In this document: positions 38,563 to 39,032 of the stretch, in pieces
Layout of the letters: every line of letters begins with the position of its first letter
How positions within the stretch are numbered: the stretch's first letter is position 1
NCBI GenBank assembly: GCA_020353515.1
Contig: CP070695.1
Location: 3,888,008 to 3,927,039, forward strand
From: Candidatus Heimdallarchaeota archaeon
GTDB taxonomy: Archaea > Asgardarchaeota > Heimdallarchaeia > Hodarchaeales > Hodarchaeaceae
Length of the DNA: 39,032 bases
Direction: 5' to 3'
Program-made: the position numbers and the translations under genes
Notes under the pieces: model-generated
Told to the model about the DNA's origin: nothing
Databases searched by the model: none
Seen by the model: the letters and a program-made list of their open reading frames with translations, nothing else

Positions 38563-39032
38563 ATGGATTTTGAATTATCTGATGAACATGAAATGTTAAG
38601 ATCGTCAGTTAGGGAATTTGTCGATCGTGAAATAACACCAAAGATTAAAGAATATGATAGAAATGAGGAATTTCTCCCTCCACTTGATACAATGGGTAAA
38701 ATGGGATTGCTAGGTATTTGCTTCCCCGAAAAATATGGAGGAGCAGGAATGGATTATCTAGCATTAGCGATAGCATGTGAAGAGCTTGAAAGAGGGGATA
38801 TTTCGCTCAGAACTGTCCTCTCTGTACACGTTGCTCTGACTTCATGCACAATTTATCAATGGGGAGATGATAAGCATAAAAAAAAGTATTTTGTTCCTCA
38901 AAATCATGGAAAAATGATTGGAACGACTGCAATGACTGAACCATCCTGTGGATCAGATGTAGCAAATGTAACAACACGCGCGGAGAAACAAGGTAGCCGA
39001 TATATTGTTTCGGGTCAAAAAACTTGGATTTC
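38563..39032 (+). CDS. Acyl-CoA dehydrogenase, partial (glutaryl-CoA dehydrogenase-like)
   Basis: Manual translation MDFELSDEHEMLRSSVREF..PEKYGGAGMDYLALAIACEELERGD..MTEPSCGSDVA..GQKTWI; GAGGTGG SD; runs off window. Confidence 0.85.
   Translation, partial: MDFELSDEHEMLRSSVREFVDREITPKIKEYDRNEEFLPPLDTMGKMGLLGICFPEKYGGAGMDYLALAIACEELERGDISLRTVLSVHVALTSCTIYQWGDDKHKKKYFVPQNHGKMIGTTAMTEPSCGSDVANVTTRAEKQGSRYIVSGQKTWI

Overview
AT-rich archaeal window. A PGF-CTERM anchor, thiolase+DUF35, GAGGTGA-type SD sites, many TTG/GTG starts and Ig-like surface modules fit an Asgard-type archaeon (taxonomy is inference). Four blocks: (1) 0.7-9.4 kb, a PUL-like carbohydrate locus with two paralogous DUF4861-like surface proteins, GH130, GH4 and an uncharacterised anchored GH-like protein; (2) 10-17.6 kb, a tungsten aldehyde oxidoreductase module (MoaD with capped GGG, an unannotated 47-aa Zn-ribbon gene, AOR, Fe-S subunit) split by a large S8/FG-GAP protease; (3) 17.6-28.4 kb, mixed genes, a diverged ~730-bp tandem duplication of an atypical thioredoxin-fold gene and a GNAT pseudogene; (4) 28.6-39 kb, a CoA-ester cluster with dch, had, thiolase, a DUF35-SDR fusion, two acyl-CoA dehydrogenases and a ferredoxin-fused ETF. 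Best leads: the DUF35-ketoacyl-CoA reductase fusion coupled to a thiolase, the alicyclic/benzoyl-CoA pathway, the archaeal PUL, the duplicated Trx-like gene with a variable loop, and small genes and a structured spacer missed by the ORF track. No rRNA, tRNA, CRISPR or transposase was seen. All family calls come from motif recognition, not database searches.
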